Shown here piece after piece: positions 42,172 through 51,917 of a DNA stretch of 64,000 bases (position 1 is its first letter; every line of letters begins with the position of its first letter). Below the pieces are notes generated by a model. That model searched no databases. It was not told the origin of the DNA and saw nothing but the letters and a program-made list of their open reading frames with translations. The DNA comes from Gemmatimonadales bacterium (GTDB taxonomy: Bacteria; Gemmatimonadota; Gemmatimonadetes; Gemmatimonadales; GWC2-71-9): positions 1,351,450-1,415,449 of the forward strand of contig JBBCJC010000002.1 in NCBI GenBank assembly GCA_037189525.1, in the 5' to 3' direction. Both the position numbers and the translations under genes were made by a program.

Positions 42172-42356
42172 CGCGGGCAGCGGCCGCAGTGGGATATGGA
42201 GAAAGTCGCCGGCGGGAACGACGGCCGATTGAAGGGACGGTCACGGGATCGTATCCGATCGGTCGTGACGGGATGTCGATCGACGGTTGGCACCGGGGGC
42301 CAAGGGCGATATTCTCCGGCTTCCGCAGACTATCGACGTTCATCGAGGACTGGCGC

Positions 42357-43874
42357 ATGCAACGCTGTCGCGCAGTGATACTGTTGTCGTTCGTGGCTCT
42401 CGGCTGTTCCTCCGCCAAGTCGGGTCCGGAGCAGGCTCCGGCGAATCGGTTGGCCGGTGTGATTGCCCGGGGCGATTCGCTGGCATTACCCGGCTCCTGG
42501 GAGGCGCCGCCCGGCGATCCACTGGTGCATCACACCGCGGGTTTTGCCAAGACCCTGTGCTCGGCCGTCTTCATCACCGGCCTCGATCCTGCCGACGCCG
42601 CGGAAACGGTCGGCTATTTCACGGGGCCCAAGGAGGAGCGGGTCCACGTCGTCGATACCGTGGTCGATCGGGCCAGCCAGACGGTGCGGCTCCGGCTGGC
42701 GTCCGGGGTGACCCGAGTGGCCAAGCGGTACGGCAGCCAGGGGTGTATCACCCATTCGCTCGGTGCGGATTCGATCGAGTTTACTCCGTCGGTGGTCCGG
42801 CCCAACCTGCCCGATGCGGCGACGACCCCCTGGCCGATGGGCGACCTGGTGACCCCTGCGCCGTGGCCGGCCGGGCTCGACTCTGCCAAGGTAGCGGCTG
42901 CGCTCGAAGCCGGATTCGGTTCGCCGGAGGCGATGACGCTGGCATTTCTGGTGACGCACAAGGGCCGGATCATTGCCGAGCGGTATGCGGCGGGCATCGG
43001 TCCGACCACGCCGCTCGAGAGCTGGTCGATGGGGAAGAGCCTGACCGGCAGCCTGATCGCGGTGTTGATCCAACAGGGGGTCTATCGTCTCGACCAGCCG
43101 GCCCCGATTCCGGAGTGGCAGGGGGAGGGCGATCCGCGCAAGGAGATCCGGATCGTCGACATCATGCGGATGTCGAGCGGGCTCCGGCTCCGGGCGCCAC
43201 AGGACCCCGGCTACGATCCGTCGTTAGGCTATCCGGACCATCTCTATCTCTACACCGGGCCCAATGCCTTTGCCTGGGCTTCGAGTCGTCCGCAGCAGTG
43301 GAAGCCGAACACCGTGGGTCGGTACCGGAACACCGATCCGGTGCTGGCCGGGTACCTGGTGCGGCTGGCGGCTGAGCAGCGCGGCGAGAACTATCATGCC
43401 TTTCCCCAGCGGCAACTCTTCGACAAGATCGGGATTCGCAACATCGTGATGGAAACCGATCCGAAGGGCAATTTTCTGACCCAGGGTTACGAACTCGTCG
43501 CCGCGCGCGACTGGGCTCGGCTGGGCAACCTGTATCTGCAGGATGGCGTCTGGAACGGGGAGCGCATCCTGCCCGAGGGGTACGCGGCGCACGTGCGTAC
43601 CGTGGCGCCGGCATGGGAGGCGGACGGCCGGCCGATTTACGGCGGCGGCTTTTTCTGGGTCAACGGTGACGGAGCGCAGCCGCTGCCCCGGGATGCCCAT
43701 TCGATGCAGGGCGCGGGAGGGCAGTACGCGTTCATCGTGCCTTCGCATGATCTGGTGATCGTACGCCTGGGCAAGTATAAGGGCTCTCGCGAGGCCGATC
43801 GGGCGCTCGATCAGGCCCTGGCCATGTTGATGGAGGCCGTGCCGGTCAGCGATCCATCGCAAGCACCGCGTTGA
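42357..43874 (+). CDS. Serine hydrolase (beta-lactamase/class C-like) lipoprotein
   Basis: SMGK (SxxK), YRN (YxN), GAGGQ...VP..DLVIVRLG. Confidence 0.88.
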   Translation: MQRCRAVILLSFVALGCSSAKSGPEQAPANRLAGVIARGDSLALPGSWEAPPGDPLVHHTAGFAKTLCSAVFITGLDPADAAETVGYFTGPKEERVHVVDTVVDRASQTVRLRLASGVTRVAKRYGSQGCITHSLGADSIEFTPSVVRPNLPDAATTPWPMGDLVTPAPWPAGLDSAKVAAALEAGFGSPEAMTLAFLVTHKGRIIAERYAAGIGPTTPLESWSMGKSLTGSLIAVLIQQGVYRLDQPAPIPEWQGEGDPRKEIRIVDIMRMSSGLRLRAPQDPGYDPSLGYPDHLYLYTGPNAFAWASSRPQQWKPNTVGRYRNTDPVLAGYLVRLAAEQRGENYHAFPQRQLFDKIGIRNIVMETDPKGNFLTQGYELVAARDWARLGNLYLQDGVWNGERILPEGYAAHVRTVAPAWEADGRPIYGGGFFWVNGDGAQPLPRDAHSMQGAGGQYAFIVPSHDLVIVRLGKYKGSREADRALDQALAMLMEAVPVSDPSQAPR

Positions 43875-45138
43875 ACAGAACGTTGGCCCCGCGCGTCACA
43901 TCCTCCGCGCGGGTGAACTCCCGAGGTGAGTGGCTGATCCCGCCCACGCTCGGAACGAAGATCATCCCCATCGGCGCGATGCGCGCCAGTTCCTGCGCAT
44001 CGTGCCCGGCTCCGCTGGGCATCCGCTGACGGGTCAGGCCCAGCCGGACGGCACTCGCCTCGATCGCGTCCATCACACCGGCGTCGGCAAGCGCGGGGGC
44101 GCTGCTGACGGTTTCCTGAAAGGCAAACGTGGTTCCGGTCGCGCGCCCGATCTCGTGGCCGATTTGCTCGAAGGTGCGGGCGAATCGGGCCAGTTTGTCG
44201 GGGTCGAGATCGCGCAGGTCGACGGTCAGCTTGACCCGTCCGGGTACCACGTTCGTCGTATTCGGGGTCGGCACCAGATGGCCGACGGTGGCAACCTGGC
44301 GACCTGGCTCGCTCCGCACCGCCTGATTGATGGCGACGGTGAATTGCGCCGCGGCCAGCATGGCATCCTTGCGCTGATCCATCGGTGTGGTGCCGGCGTG
44401 ATTGGCGAATCCGTCGATGGTCACCTCGAACCATCGTAAGCCGACGATACCCTGGACCACGCCGATCGACAGCCCCGCCTGTTCGAGCAAGCCTCCCTGC
44501 TCGATGTGGAGTTCCAGATAACAGCGTGCGCTGCCTTTCGGGCGGATATCGTCGTCGAGCCGGGCCAGATTGCCGCCGATCAGCCCGATCCCATCGCGGA
44601 TCGTCTTTCCGGAGCGGGCTACGCTGTCGAGGTCGACATTGGCGCGGTCGCCGATTGCGAGCTTGCTGCCGATCACGCCCCCCTCTTCGTTGGCCCAGAT
44701 GGCCACCTCGACGGGATGCCGCAGCCGGACGGCCTGCTCCCGCAGCGAGCGCGCGACTTCGATCGCTGCGAACGACCCGACCGGGCCGTCGAAATTGCCG
44801 CCATCGGTCACGGAGTCGATATGCGAGCCGATGACGATGGGGGGCAGCGACGGATCGGTACCGGGCACGCGAGCCCGGATATTGCCGGCCGCATCGATGG
44901 TTGACGATAGCTCCGCATCGCGGAGCAGGGACAGGGTAAATGCTCGTCCGGCCAGATCCGCCTCCGAATAGGCGACGCGATTGATCCCGCCGGCCGTACG
45001 TCCGATGCCGTCGAATTGCTGCAGCCAGCCGTTCAGCCGCGCGCCGTCGATCCGGCTCGGCTCGCGGGGCGGAGAGAATCGGAACAGCGGCGCCGATGCG
45101 AGGGCCGCCGTGTGTTGAATGAACTTGCGTCGCTTCAT
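43846..45138 (-). CDS. M20 Zn-dependent amidohydrolase (allantoate/N-carbamoylase family) with Tat-like leader
   Basis: GSHIDSV..GG.FDG, NEEG, ELHIEQG, HAGTTPM, GAGHDA; N-terminus MKRRKFI. Confidence 0.9.
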   Translation of the reverse strand: MKRRKFIQHTAALASAPLFRFSPPREPSRIDGARLNGWLQQFDGIGRTAGGINRVAYSEADLAGRAFTLSLLRDAELSSTIDAAGNIRARVPGTDPSLPPIVIGSHIDSVTDGGNFDGPVGSFAAIEVARSLREQAVRLRHPVEVAIWANEEGGVIGSKLAIGDRANVDLDSVARSGKTIRDGIGLIGGNLARLDDDIRPKGSARCYLELHIEQGGLLEQAGLSIGVVQGIVGLRWFEVTIDGFANHAGTTPMDQRKDAMLAAAQFTVAINQAVRSEPGRQVATVGHLVPTPNTTNVVPGRVKLTVDLRDLDPDKLARFARTFEQIGHEIGRATGTTFAFQETVSSAPALADAGVMDAIEASAVRLGLTRQRMPSGAGHDAQELARIAPMGMIFVPSVGGISHSPREFTRAEDVTRGANVLFNAVLAMDR

Positions 45139-45276
45139 GGGTACCCGGCTGGTCAATGGAGCATTTGGCGCTGTCCCAAGGTGCGGGAATCGGCGCCGGA
45201 GCGCCAGTCGCCGGTGTCGTGCGCCATCGGGTGGCGGGGATCGTCTCTCGAATAGGAGCTATGGGAAGGAATTTCG

Positions 45277-45540
45277 ATGACCAAACTGTCTCGTTCGATG
45301 ACGCGGGCCGTCCGGCGGGTCCGGAATGACGGGGGTGAACTGGCCGCATCCGCTCTGATTGCCGGAGCCAAGGCGGGGCTGGTGGCGGCGGGCGTTGCGA
45401 TGGTGATGGATCTGAACCGAAACGCGCAACGCATGGCGCTGGCGTCCCGCTGGTCGCGCGGCGCCAAGTTCCTCGGTGTCGTGGCGATCTCGGCGCTGGC
45501 CGGCCTGGCGGTTGCGCAGATCCGGGAGCGGGCGCGCTAG
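45277..45540 (+). CDS. Small hypothetical membrane protein
   Basis: GGAAGGA RBS; two hydrophobic segments. Confidence 0.55.
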   Translation: MTKLSRSMTRAVRRVRNDGGELAASALIAGAKAGLVAAGVAMVMDLNRNAQRMALASRWSRGAKFLGVVAISALAGLAVAQIRERAR

Positions 45541-45631
45541 CGCGCAATCGCCGCCGAGGTCATCCGGCTGTCTCGTACGCCCACCTCAGACTCGGCTTTT
45601 GGGGTCCGGGCCGGCCATGGCGAACTGCCTT

Positions 45632-47536
45632 CTAGCCGGCTCGATTGACGACGCCCAGGATCGCTGCGCCGTACTTGGCTGCCTTCGACGGCCCGATGCC
45701 GTAGATGCCGTCCAGGTCCCGAAGCGATGCCGGCCGTTCGGTCGCGATCTCCCGCAAGGTGCGGTCACTCGCGATCACGTAGGGTGGGACGGCGGCCGAC
45801 CGGGCCTGCTCCAGACGCCAGGCGCGCAACGCTTCGAAGAGCGCCGCCGCTTCCGGAGTCAGGTTCGCTTCTTCCGGAGCAGGCCGCTTGGCGCGCTCTC
45901 CCCGCCGCTCACCTCGTGTCGAAGCCGACGGGCGTGCTTCCGCCGGCAGGAGCAGCCGGACGGGTCCCTCAGCGAACAGCACGGTTTTTCCCGCCCGCGT
46001 CAGCAGTACGAGCGGGCGTTCGTCGGCGGTAAAGTCCGCCCAGCCCGCCACGACGCATCGGCGCAATAGCGAGAGAATCCACTCTTCACTCTTACCGGCC
46101 AGCGCGCCAAACGTCTTGGTCTGTGCCAAACCGGAGCGCTCCAGCCGCGGATCTTTCTGCCCGGCAAGCAGCTTGACGGCGGCGAGCAGGCCGAATTTTG
46201 CGTGGCAGCGAGCCACGGCGGCCAGGGCTTTCCGGACGATCGTCGCGACCTCGGCCGGGTCGATCATCGCCGGTTCTTCGAGCGCGATGCAGCTGTCGCA
46301 ATGACCGCAGCCCGCGAGCGTCTCGGCCTCGTCGCCGAAATAGCGCAGGATGGCGTCGTGCCGGCAGCTGCCGCCTTGGGCCCAGCGCATCAACTCCAAG
46401 AAGAGCGACCAGCGGTGCTGGACCCGGGCCGGGTCGGGCGCGATCCCCTCGGTGGGCATCTCGAGCAACCGGCGGCGAAGCGGCAGGTCGGCAGGGCTGA
46501 TACAGAGGGCGCCGATGGCATTTGCGCCATCTCGGCCGGCTCGTCCTACCTCCTGGTAGTACGCCTCGATGCTTCCAGGTGGCGCCAGGTGGATCACCGC
46601 GCGCACGTCGTGGCGATCGATGCCCATGCCGAATGCGTTGGTCGCGACGACGACATCGAGGGCGCCATCGCGAAAGGCGGCCTGAGCCTCGGAGCGGGAC
46701 GGGCCGTCGAGTCCCGCATGATACGCAGCAACCGACCATCCGCTCTGCTGCAGGCGAGCGCACTCCTCTTCGGTGCGGCGGCGGGTTGGGGCGTAGACGA
46801 TGGCGGTACCCCGTCCGGCGCCGGGGGCGCCGATCGACTCCCGCAGCACTGCGTCGACGGCTCGCTGCCCTTCGTTGGCCGATCGGATCTCCAGCACCCG
46901 AAGCGCCAGGTTGGGCCGGGCAAAACCGCGAATCAGTTGCGGGGTGTCGTCGCCCAGGCCGAGCCGGGCCAGGATTTCGTCGCGGACAACCGGTGTTGCG
47001 GTTGCTGTGCAGGCGAGGATCCTGGCATCGGCCCGTTCGGCGGCCAGGTCGCCCAACTGCAGGTAGTCCGGCCGGAAATCGTGGCCCCATTCTGAAATAC
47101 AGTGCGCTTCGTCGATGGCGATGAGCGGGCAGTCGAGGTCGTGCAGCAGGCTCCGGAATCCGGGAAAGGCGAGCCGCTCCGGCGCCAGATAGACGATCGT
47201 CTGCTCGCCGCGGCCGATGCTGCGCATGCGGGTGCGCATCTCGTCGGTCGGCAACGTGGCGGCGAGGAAGGTGGCGGCCACGCCGCGTTCCGTGAGCCCG
47301 GCGACCTGGTCCTGCATCAGCGACACGAGCGGAGAGACCACCAGCGTGGTCCCCTCGAGCAGCAGCGCCGGGACCTGGTAGGTGAGGCTCTTTCCTCCGC
47401 CGGTCGGTGCGATCAGCAGCAGGCGCCGGCGATCGAGAATGGTCTCGATCGCCTCACGCTGCCCGGGACGGAAGGAGGTGTGGCCGAGCCGGCCGAGTGC
47501 GTCCTCGAGCGAGGTCAGCCGCGCGACGTGTGCCAC
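45632..47536 (-). CDS. recQ: RecQ-family ATP-dependent DNA helicase
   Basis: PTGGGKS, DEAHCISEWGHDFRP, QEVGRAGRDG, Zn-binding Cys cluster, RQC and HRDC (VPPYVI). Confidence 0.93.
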   Translation of the reverse strand: MAHVARLTSLEDALGRLGHTSFRPGQREAIETILDRRRLLLIAPTGGGKSLTYQVPALLLEGTTLVVSPLVSLMQDQVAGLTERGVAATFLAATLPTDEMRTRMRSIGRGEQTIVYLAPERLAFPGFRSLLHDLDCPLIAIDEAHCISEWGHDFRPDYLQLGDLAAERADARILACTATATPVVRDEILARLGLGDDTPQLIRGFARPNLALRVLEIRSANEGQRAVDAVLRESIGAPGAGRGTAIVYAPTRRRTEEECARLQQSGWSVAAYHAGLDGPSRSEAQAAFRDGALDVVVATNAFGMGIDRHDVRAVIHLAPPGSIEAYYQEVGRAGRDGANAIGALCISPADLPLRRRLLEMPTEGIAPDPARVQHRWSLFLELMRWAQGGSCRHDAILRYFGDEAETLAGCGHCDSCIALEEPAMIDPAEVATIVRKALAAVARCHAKFGLLAAVKLLAGQKDPRLERSGLAQTKTFGALAGKSEEWILSLLRRCVVAGWADFTADERPLVLLTRAGKTVLFAEGPVRLLLPAEARPSASTRGERRGERAKRPAPEEANLTPEAAALFEALRAWRLEQARSAAVPPYVIASDRTLREIATERPASLRDLDGIYGIGPSKAAKYGAAILGVVNRAG

Positions 47537-48540
47537 GCGGGGGTAGCGAGCAACTCGCGGATCAGGTCGTCGCTCGAACGCTCGGCGGCTTCGGCTGCAA
47601 AGTTGGTCACCACGCGGTGACGCAATACGTAGGGTGCCACGGCTCTGACGTCGTCCAGGTCGGCCATGGGGCGGCCGTCCATGGCGGCGCGCGCCTTGGC
47701 GCCAAGGACCAGATACTGCGAGGCGCGCGGTCCGGCGCCCCATTCGACGAATTCGCGCACGAATCCCGGTGCTTCGGCGTCTTTGGGGCGCGTCATCCGA
47801 GCCAGGGCGACGGCCGCCGAAATCAGCCCCTTCGACACCGGGACGCGACGCACCAGGTCCTGCATTGCGTGGAGTTCGGCGGCGTTCAACACAGGCTTCA
47901 CGGTTGCCTTTCGGCCGCCGGTAGTCTGTTCGACCACCGCTTCCTCTTCGGCCCGGGTCGGATAACCGACCCGCAGCTCCAGCATGAATCGATCGAGCTG
48001 CGCTTCGGGCAGGGGATAGGTGCCCTCCTGCTCGATTGGGTTCTGGGTCGCGAGCACGAAAAACGGATCGGGGAGCCCGTAGGTCTTGCCGGCGGCCGTC
48101 ACCTGGTGCTCTTGCATGGCCTGCAGCAGCGCAGCTTGCGTCTTGGGCGGGGTCCGGTTGATCTCGTCGGCCAGCACCACGTGAGCGAAGATCGGGCCAG
48201 GCACGAAGCGAAAGGCCCGGCGTCCGGTGGCGGGATCTTCCTCGATGATCTCGGTGCCGGTGATGTCGCCGGGCATCAGATCGGGCGTGAACTGCACCCG
48301 ATTGAACGACAGCTCGAGCGCTTCGGCCACCGTCTGGACCATCAGGGTCTTGGCCAGGCCGGGGACGCCGACCAGGAGCGCATGGCCGCCGGCCAGGATG
48401 GCGGTGACGATGCCGTCGACGACTTCGTGCTGACCGACGATGCGTTGGGCGACCTGCTCCCGAAGGGAAACCATGGCTCGAGCCAGGCGGCGGAGTTGTT
48501 CGACGTCGTCGGTCGAGCCGAGCTGTTCGGAAACGGTCAT
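47515..48540 (-). CDS. MoxR-family AAA+ ATPase
   Basis: GVPGLAKT, QFTPDLMPGDITG, DEINRTPPKTQ, ATQNPIEQEGTYPLPEAQLDRF. Confidence 0.93.
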   Translation of the reverse strand: MTVSEQLGSTDDVEQLRRLARAMVSLREQVAQRIVGQHEVVDGIVTAILAGGHALLVGVPGLAKTLMVQTVAEALELSFNRVQFTPDLMPGDITGTEIIEEDPATGRRAFRFVPGPIFAHVVLADEINRTPPKTQAALLQAMQEHQVTAAGKTYGLPDPFFVLATQNPIEQEGTYPLPEAQLDRFMLELRVGYPTRAEEEAVVEQTTGGRKATVKPVLNAAELHAMQDLVRRVPVSKGLISAAVALARMTRPKDAEAPGFVREFVEWGAGPRASQYLVLGAKARAAMDGRPMADLDDVRAVAPYVLRHRVVTNFAAEAAERSSDDLIRELLATPAWHTSRG

Positions 48541-48911
48541 GAATGCGCCATTCAGAGTGGGAATGTATCCCTCATCCTACGGAACCCGGTAAGGAAACGT
48601 TGCGCCATTGCGGTGGGCAAGGGCCTTGGGCAACCAAAGAGTGTGCCGTCGAGAATAGCAATCCGGTGATCCCTTCGCGGTATCGTTTTACCGCGCACCG
48701 GGTCCATTCGTTCGCCGTTTTCTGGGGGAAGCGGCTTCGTGCCGAAAGATCGTCCGACCTGCCGGTCCCGTGATGGGCGCTGGCGGTTCTGAATCGGGCG
48801 TATCGGCCGGGCTGCAATCACCCCTTGGTCGACGTTGTAAAGCATTGACCCATAAGCGCTTACCTCGATGATGGGTGTGCTTGCGAAATTTTTCACAAGC
48901 CGGTATCTTTG

Positions 48912-49178
48912 ATGCCTATGCCGGACCCGGAACGCACCCGAGCATTTGGTGACGGGACGCAGTACCTCGCGGCAGCCATGCGGTTTGCCGGCGCGGTCGT
49001 AATGTTCCTGTTCGGTGGTCTGGCCCTCGATCGGTGGCTGCGCACGACGCCGCTCTTCACCATCGCGGGTGCGTTGATTGGCGCAGTGCTGGGCATGCTG
49101 AGCGTGTATCGGGAAATCAAACGGGATCCCGATCACCAGGCCAAGCTCAAATCGTGGTCCGACAAACCGCGGCCATAG
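48912..49178 (+). CDS. AtpZ/AtpI-family small membrane protein
   Basis: G..LDRWL.TTPLF motif; first gene of the atp Fo operon. Confidence 0.8.
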   Translation: MPMPDPERTRAFGDGTQYLAAAMRFAGAVVMFLFGGLALDRWLRTTPLFTIAGALIGAVLGMLSVYREIKRDPDHQAKLKSWSDKPRP

Positions 49179-49504
49179 GGCTCCTGCTGGTGGGGCTGGT
49201 CGCGATCGGATTTCGACCGGTCTTCGGCTCGACGGGGGCGACGGCTGGCGCGGTGTTCGGCGGTTTGGCGGTGGGGTTGCAGCTGGTGGCGGCGGCCGTG
49301 GTGACGCCGACTTTCCGAGCGGGTGACTACCGCGGCCTGATGCGCCGCTGGGCGATGGGACTGGGAGTGCGGTTGCTGGGCATCGTGGCCCTCCCGGTGG
49401 CGGTCTGGTACGACAGGGAAATGTTTCCGCCCTTACCGGCGGCATTGGGATTCATCGCGGTCATGGTACCGCTTTTGTTCTTCGAGATCCGGCGGTTTCG
49501 ATGA
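49154..49504 (+). CDS. AtpI-like membrane protein
   Basis: Four hydrophobic segments; stop overlaps the atpB start. Confidence 0.65.
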   Translation: MVRQTAAIGLLLVGLVAIGFRPVFGSTGATAGAVFGGLAVGLQLVAAAVVTPTFRAGDYRGLMRRWAMGLGVRLLGIVALPVAVWYDREMFPPLPAALGFIAVMVPLLFFEIRRFR

Positions 49505-50355
49505 GTGACACGCAGGGCGGCCCGATCAACATCGGCGAGATCATTCTCCACCATACGTCCGACTCGTATTACCTGGACTTCGAGCCGTTCGGCACGATTT
49601 CCTGGGAAAAGTGGCCGGATCTGCACCTGGGCGGCTTTGCCATCAATCTGACGCCGACCAAGCACGTCGTCTTCATGGCGCTTGCCGCGGTGCTGGTGCT
49701 GCTCGTCATGTGGATCACCAAGCGCGGGCTGGTGGCGCAGCAAGCCCATCGCAAAGCGCCGACCGGGTTCTCGGGTTTCGTCGAGCAGATCGTGCTGTGG
49801 GTGCGCGACGATATCGCGGTGGCCGCGATCGGCAAGGAGTCGGGCTACAAGTTCGCGCCCTTCATCGTCGGCCTCTTCTTCTTCATTCTGTTCATGAACA
49901 TCCTGGGCCTGGTGCCGTGGGGCGCCACGGCCACGGGCAACCTGGCGGTCACGGCGGCTCTCGCGCTGCTGGTGTTCATCGTGATCGAAGTCGGCGGCTT
50001 CCTCAAGCTCGGTCCCAAGGGCTACATGGGAACGATCTTCCCGCACGTCGAAGGCGTGAGCGGCATCGGCGGCGTGGTGCTGACGGTGGCGATGGCCCCG
50101 ATCGAAATCCTCTCCAAGTTCGTCAAGCCGTTTGCGATGGCGGTCCGTCTGTTCGGCAACATGACGGCGGGCCATTTCGTGGTGCTGTCGCTGGTGGGCA
50201 TCGTGCTGTTCTTCAGCAGCTGGGTCATCGGCATCCCCACCGCCATCGTGGTGGCGCTGATTTACTTGCTCGAAATTCTGGTGGCGATGCTGCAGGCGTA
50301 CGTCTTCGCGCTGTTGGCGTCGACGTTCATCGGGATGATGCAGCACGCGCACTAA
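49501..50355 (+). CDS. atpB: F1Fo ATP synthase subunit a
   Basis: KPFAMAVRLFGNMTAGH, LQAYVF. Confidence 0.97.
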   Translation: MSDTQGGPINIGEIILHHTSDSYYLDFEPFGTISWEKWPDLHLGGFAINLTPTKHVVFMALAAVLVLLVMWITKRGLVAQQAHRKAPTGFSGFVEQIVLWVRDDIAVAAIGKESGYKFAPFIVGLFFFILFMNILGLVPWGATATGNLAVTAALALLVFIVIEVGGFLKLGPKGYMGTIFPHVEGVSGIGGVVLTVAMAPIEILSKFVKPFAMAVRLFGNMTAGHFVVLSLVGIVLFFSSWVIGIPTAIVVALIYLLEILVAMLQAYVFALLASTFIGMMQHAH

Positions 50356-50550
50356 CGATCGGCAGGACCCGGATGTCGCTTGGCGCTGACGCGACATCCG
50401 GTGGTAACCGGCCGAATGGCCGGTGAGGCTCGCTGCCCGAATCGGGTAACGGCGAGCGCCAGAGGCGGAGACGCACGAAGCACGGATCCGGTTTTCTGGC
50501 AGGCGCGGACAACAATGCATGCTTCGATGCAGGCCCAATAGGACACCAAC

Positions 50551-50823
50551 ATGTACATGCTCGCTCTGTTGCAGGAAGTCGCGCTCTCGGCCGAGGCCGC
50601 CAAGAACAACCTGAGCCTCCTCGGTGCCGGTCTGGGCATCGGTCTGTCGATCATCGGCGCCGGTCTGGCGCTCGGCAAGATCGGCGCGGCCATTGCCGAC
50701 GGCATTGCGCGTCAGCCCGAAGCGGCCAAGGAAATCGCCAGCGGTCCGTTCATCATCGCGATCCTGCTGGAGGGTGCCACGATCATCGCGCTGGTCTTCG
50801 CCCTCCTGTTCAAGCTGCTCTAG
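50551..50823 (+). CDS. atpE: F1Fo ATP synthase subunit c
   Basis: GxGxGxG repeat, ARQPE loop, LLEGA. Confidence 0.96.
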   Translation: MYMLALLQEVALSAEAAKNNLSLLGAGLGIGLSIIGAGLALGKIGAAIADGIARQPEAAKEIASGPFIIAILLEGATIIALVFALLFKLL

Positions 50824-50826
50824 TCG

Positions 50827-51375
50827 GTGAGTGCAATGACTTTCGGGATGCTCGCCATGCTGGCCGCCGATGGTGGCGGTGGCGGGCCGTTTGCCGTCAA
50901 TCCGGGCCTGATCCTCTGGACCTGGGTCATCTTCCTCATCTTCTTGTACTTCTTCAAGAAGACGTTCTGGGTGACGATCGTCAGCCGGGCAGAAGAGCGG
51001 GAGAAGACGATTGCGGCGCAGCTGTCCGAAGCCGAACGCCTGAACGCGGAAGCCGCGAGCCTGCTCGCGGAACAGCAGAAGGCATCGGCGGAAGCTCGGA
51101 ACGCGGCGCAGTCCCTTCTTGCCGAAGCGCGTTCGGCAGCCGAGAAGGAGCGGGCGCTGGGGGTCGAGAAAGCCAAGCAGGAGCAGGACGCAATGCTCGA
51201 GCGGGCTCGGCGGGAAATTGCCGCTGAGCGCGATCGGGCCCTGGCGGATCTGCGCCGCGAGGCGGTCGACCTGGCGCTGGGGGCAGCGGCCAAAGTCGTC
51301 GGGCAGCGTCTCGACGCCGAGTCCGATCGGAAGATCGTGCTCGACTATCTGGCGAAGGTGGAGCAGGCGCACTGA
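50827..51375 (+). CDS. atpF: F1Fo ATP synthase subunit b
   Basis: NPGLILWT TM followed by a charged coiled coil. Confidence 0.95.
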   Translation: MSAMTFGMLAMLAADGGGGGPFAVNPGLILWTWVIFLIFLYFFKKTFWVTIVSRAEEREKTIAAQLSEAERLNAEAASLLAEQQKASAEARNAAQSLLAEARSAAEKERALGVEKAKQEQDAMLERARREIAAERDRALADLRREAVDLALGAAAKVVGQRLDAESDRKIVLDYLAKVEQAH

Positions 51376-51917
51376 TGGCCGGCTCGATCGTCGCCCAGAA
51401 CTACGCCGAGGCGTTGTTCGAGCTGGCCAGCCGAAGCGGCCAGCTCGAGCGGTATGGGGCGCTGATCGACGCGGTGGCGCGGGCGTTCGCGTCGGCGCCC
51501 GAGTTGCAAGCGGTGCTGGTGAGTCCGCGGGTGGCCAAGTCGCTCAAGCGCGATCTGGTCGGTCGGGCGATTGGTGCAACGGGAGCGCCGGCGGAGTTCG
51601 TCCGGTATCTCGAGGCCATCGTGACGCGGGGTCGTCAGGCCGAGTTGGGTGAGATTGCCAAGTTGTATGGCGACCTGGTGGATCGGCAGTTCAACCGGGT
51701 GCGGGCGTCCGTGACGATGGCGCGGACACCGGACCCGGCGCTGGTTCAGTCGATGACCGAAACGCTCGGCAAGGTGCTGGGCAAGTCGGTCGTCCTCAAT
51801 GTCGCGCTCGACCCGGAGGTCTTGGGCGGCGCGGTCGTCAAGGTCGGCGATCGGGTCTATGACGGCTCGGTGCGCCGGAAGCTCACTCGCCTCAGGCGCG
51901 AACTGCTGGGACAGTAG
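51375..51917 (+). CDS. atpH: F1Fo ATP synthase subunit delta
   Basis: YAEALFELA; DPEVLGG...GDRVYDGS. Confidence 0.95.
   Translation: MAGSIVAQNYAEALFELASRSGQLERYGALIDAVARAFASAPELQAVLVSPRVAKSLKRDLVGRAIGATGAPAEFVRYLEAIVTRGRQAELGEIAKLYGDLVDRQFNRVRASVTMARTPDPALVQSMTETLGKVLGKSVVLNVALDPEVLGGAVVKVGDRVYDGSVRRKLTRLRRELLGQ

Noticed and set aside
42357..43874. Beta-lactam resistance gene
   Set aside because: Generic SxxK serine hydrolase with a long N-terminal extension; nothing indicates beta-lactamase specificity.
50551..50823. Na+-coupled ATP synthase
   Set aside because: The c subunit has LEGA and lacks the Q...E[ST] sodium-binding signature.
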